Below are positions 63,358-64,000 of a stretch of DNA of 64,000 nucleotides, piece after piece; position 1 is the stretch's first letter, and the number at the start of each line of letters is the position of its first letter. Position numbers and translations under genes: made by a program. Below the pieces are notes generated by a model, which worked only from the letters and a program-made list of their open reading frames with translations, was not told the DNA's origin and searched no databases. The DNA comes from Oopsacas minuta (Eukaryota; Animalia; Porifera): contig JAKMXF010000011.1 of the NCBI GenBank assembly GCA_024704765.1, positions 248,001-312,000 on the forward strand. The letters run 5' to 3'.

Positions 63358-64000
63358 TCATCCGAATTTGTTCCAAAAGTTAATCTGTGTGTAATTCCTT
63401 GGAGGAAATCGGTGAAAGTAACTAAGAACAAGATTGGTCAATCCCTCCTCATTAGCGGAATTCTTTGTTCTTTTAGATGGCTTATCTCCCGCTAAAAATG
63501 TAGCCTGCTTTACTTCAACCAATCCTTGTTCTCGTCTGATTGCGATAATCCATTTCCATATATTCGGATGGTGACAACCAATAGTAACATTATAGGCTCT
63601 GTGCCATGCTTCGACAGCATTGTTTGTACGAGGTATCCCCTGAGATACAGAGTGATGATGATTCCACATCTCAATGGGAAATAATGGTGCTGACTGTGTT
63701 CCGCCGGGCACTGTTCGACCTATGTAGGTATTCTCAAAATACAATGCAAGTTCCAGAGAAGCTGGTATATCCAGTTGTTCTATTACTTGAGGGAAGAGTT
63801 CTCGAACTTCAAGTGTAGGCGCAAAAGCAAGTGTAGGAAGCATTCTTAGACGAAGAGCTAATTGTTCATCGTTCAAATAGTCTGTTTGGAGTCCTAATTC
63901 CTGAATTTCTCGCCTAACATTTTGCGAGAAATGAAAAAACAGCCTTTTACTGTAGTTGTTGGTCATTCCAGCTGAAAGGCATTGATTGCAGCCTTTGCAA
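63358..64000 (-). pseudogene. MULE (Mutator-like) transposase C-terminal part; extends beyond the window
   Basis: Motifs LAFAP, YFENTYIG, LFPIEMWN and PRTNNAVEAWH...HPNIWKWI..IRREQ. Confidence 0.85.

Overview
Eukaryotic (most likely invertebrate animal) nuclear DNA, AT-rich and dominated by DNA transposons. The only host gene I can support is two spliced minus-strand exons of 2-oxoglutarate dehydrogenase E1 (OGDH; 34899-35045 and 13387-13600), separated by a 21.3-kb GT-AG intron. I found no further OGDH exons, so most of the window is probably intronic. Recognisable element groups include RAG1-like/Transib, Chapaev, Chapaev3, PIF/Harbinger, hAT (Buster- and Ac/hobo-like), Tc1 DD34E, DD37D, DD41D, mariner, pogo-like MITEs, MULE and a KRBA2/SCAND3-type integrase; several are nested. 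The standout is an apparently complete 3113-bp RAG1-like transposon (41909-45021). It has exact RSS heptamer ends (CACAGTG), a perfect 5-bp TSD (GATTT), and an open 709-aa transposase with the RAG1 catalytic and Zn motifs plus a segment resembling the RAG1 nonamer-binding domain. There is no RAG2-like ORF. Its TIRs are bipartite and asymmetric (7- vs 16-bp spacer). The same 9-bp spacer asymmetry recurs in a diverged non-autonomous relative (11557-12478) and, tentatively, in a third decayed copy (118-4889). An intact Chapaev element (54032-56959) with 417-bp TIRs and a RAG1-N-terminus-like zinc finger lies 9 kb away. All family calls come from motif recognition by eye; no database search was run.
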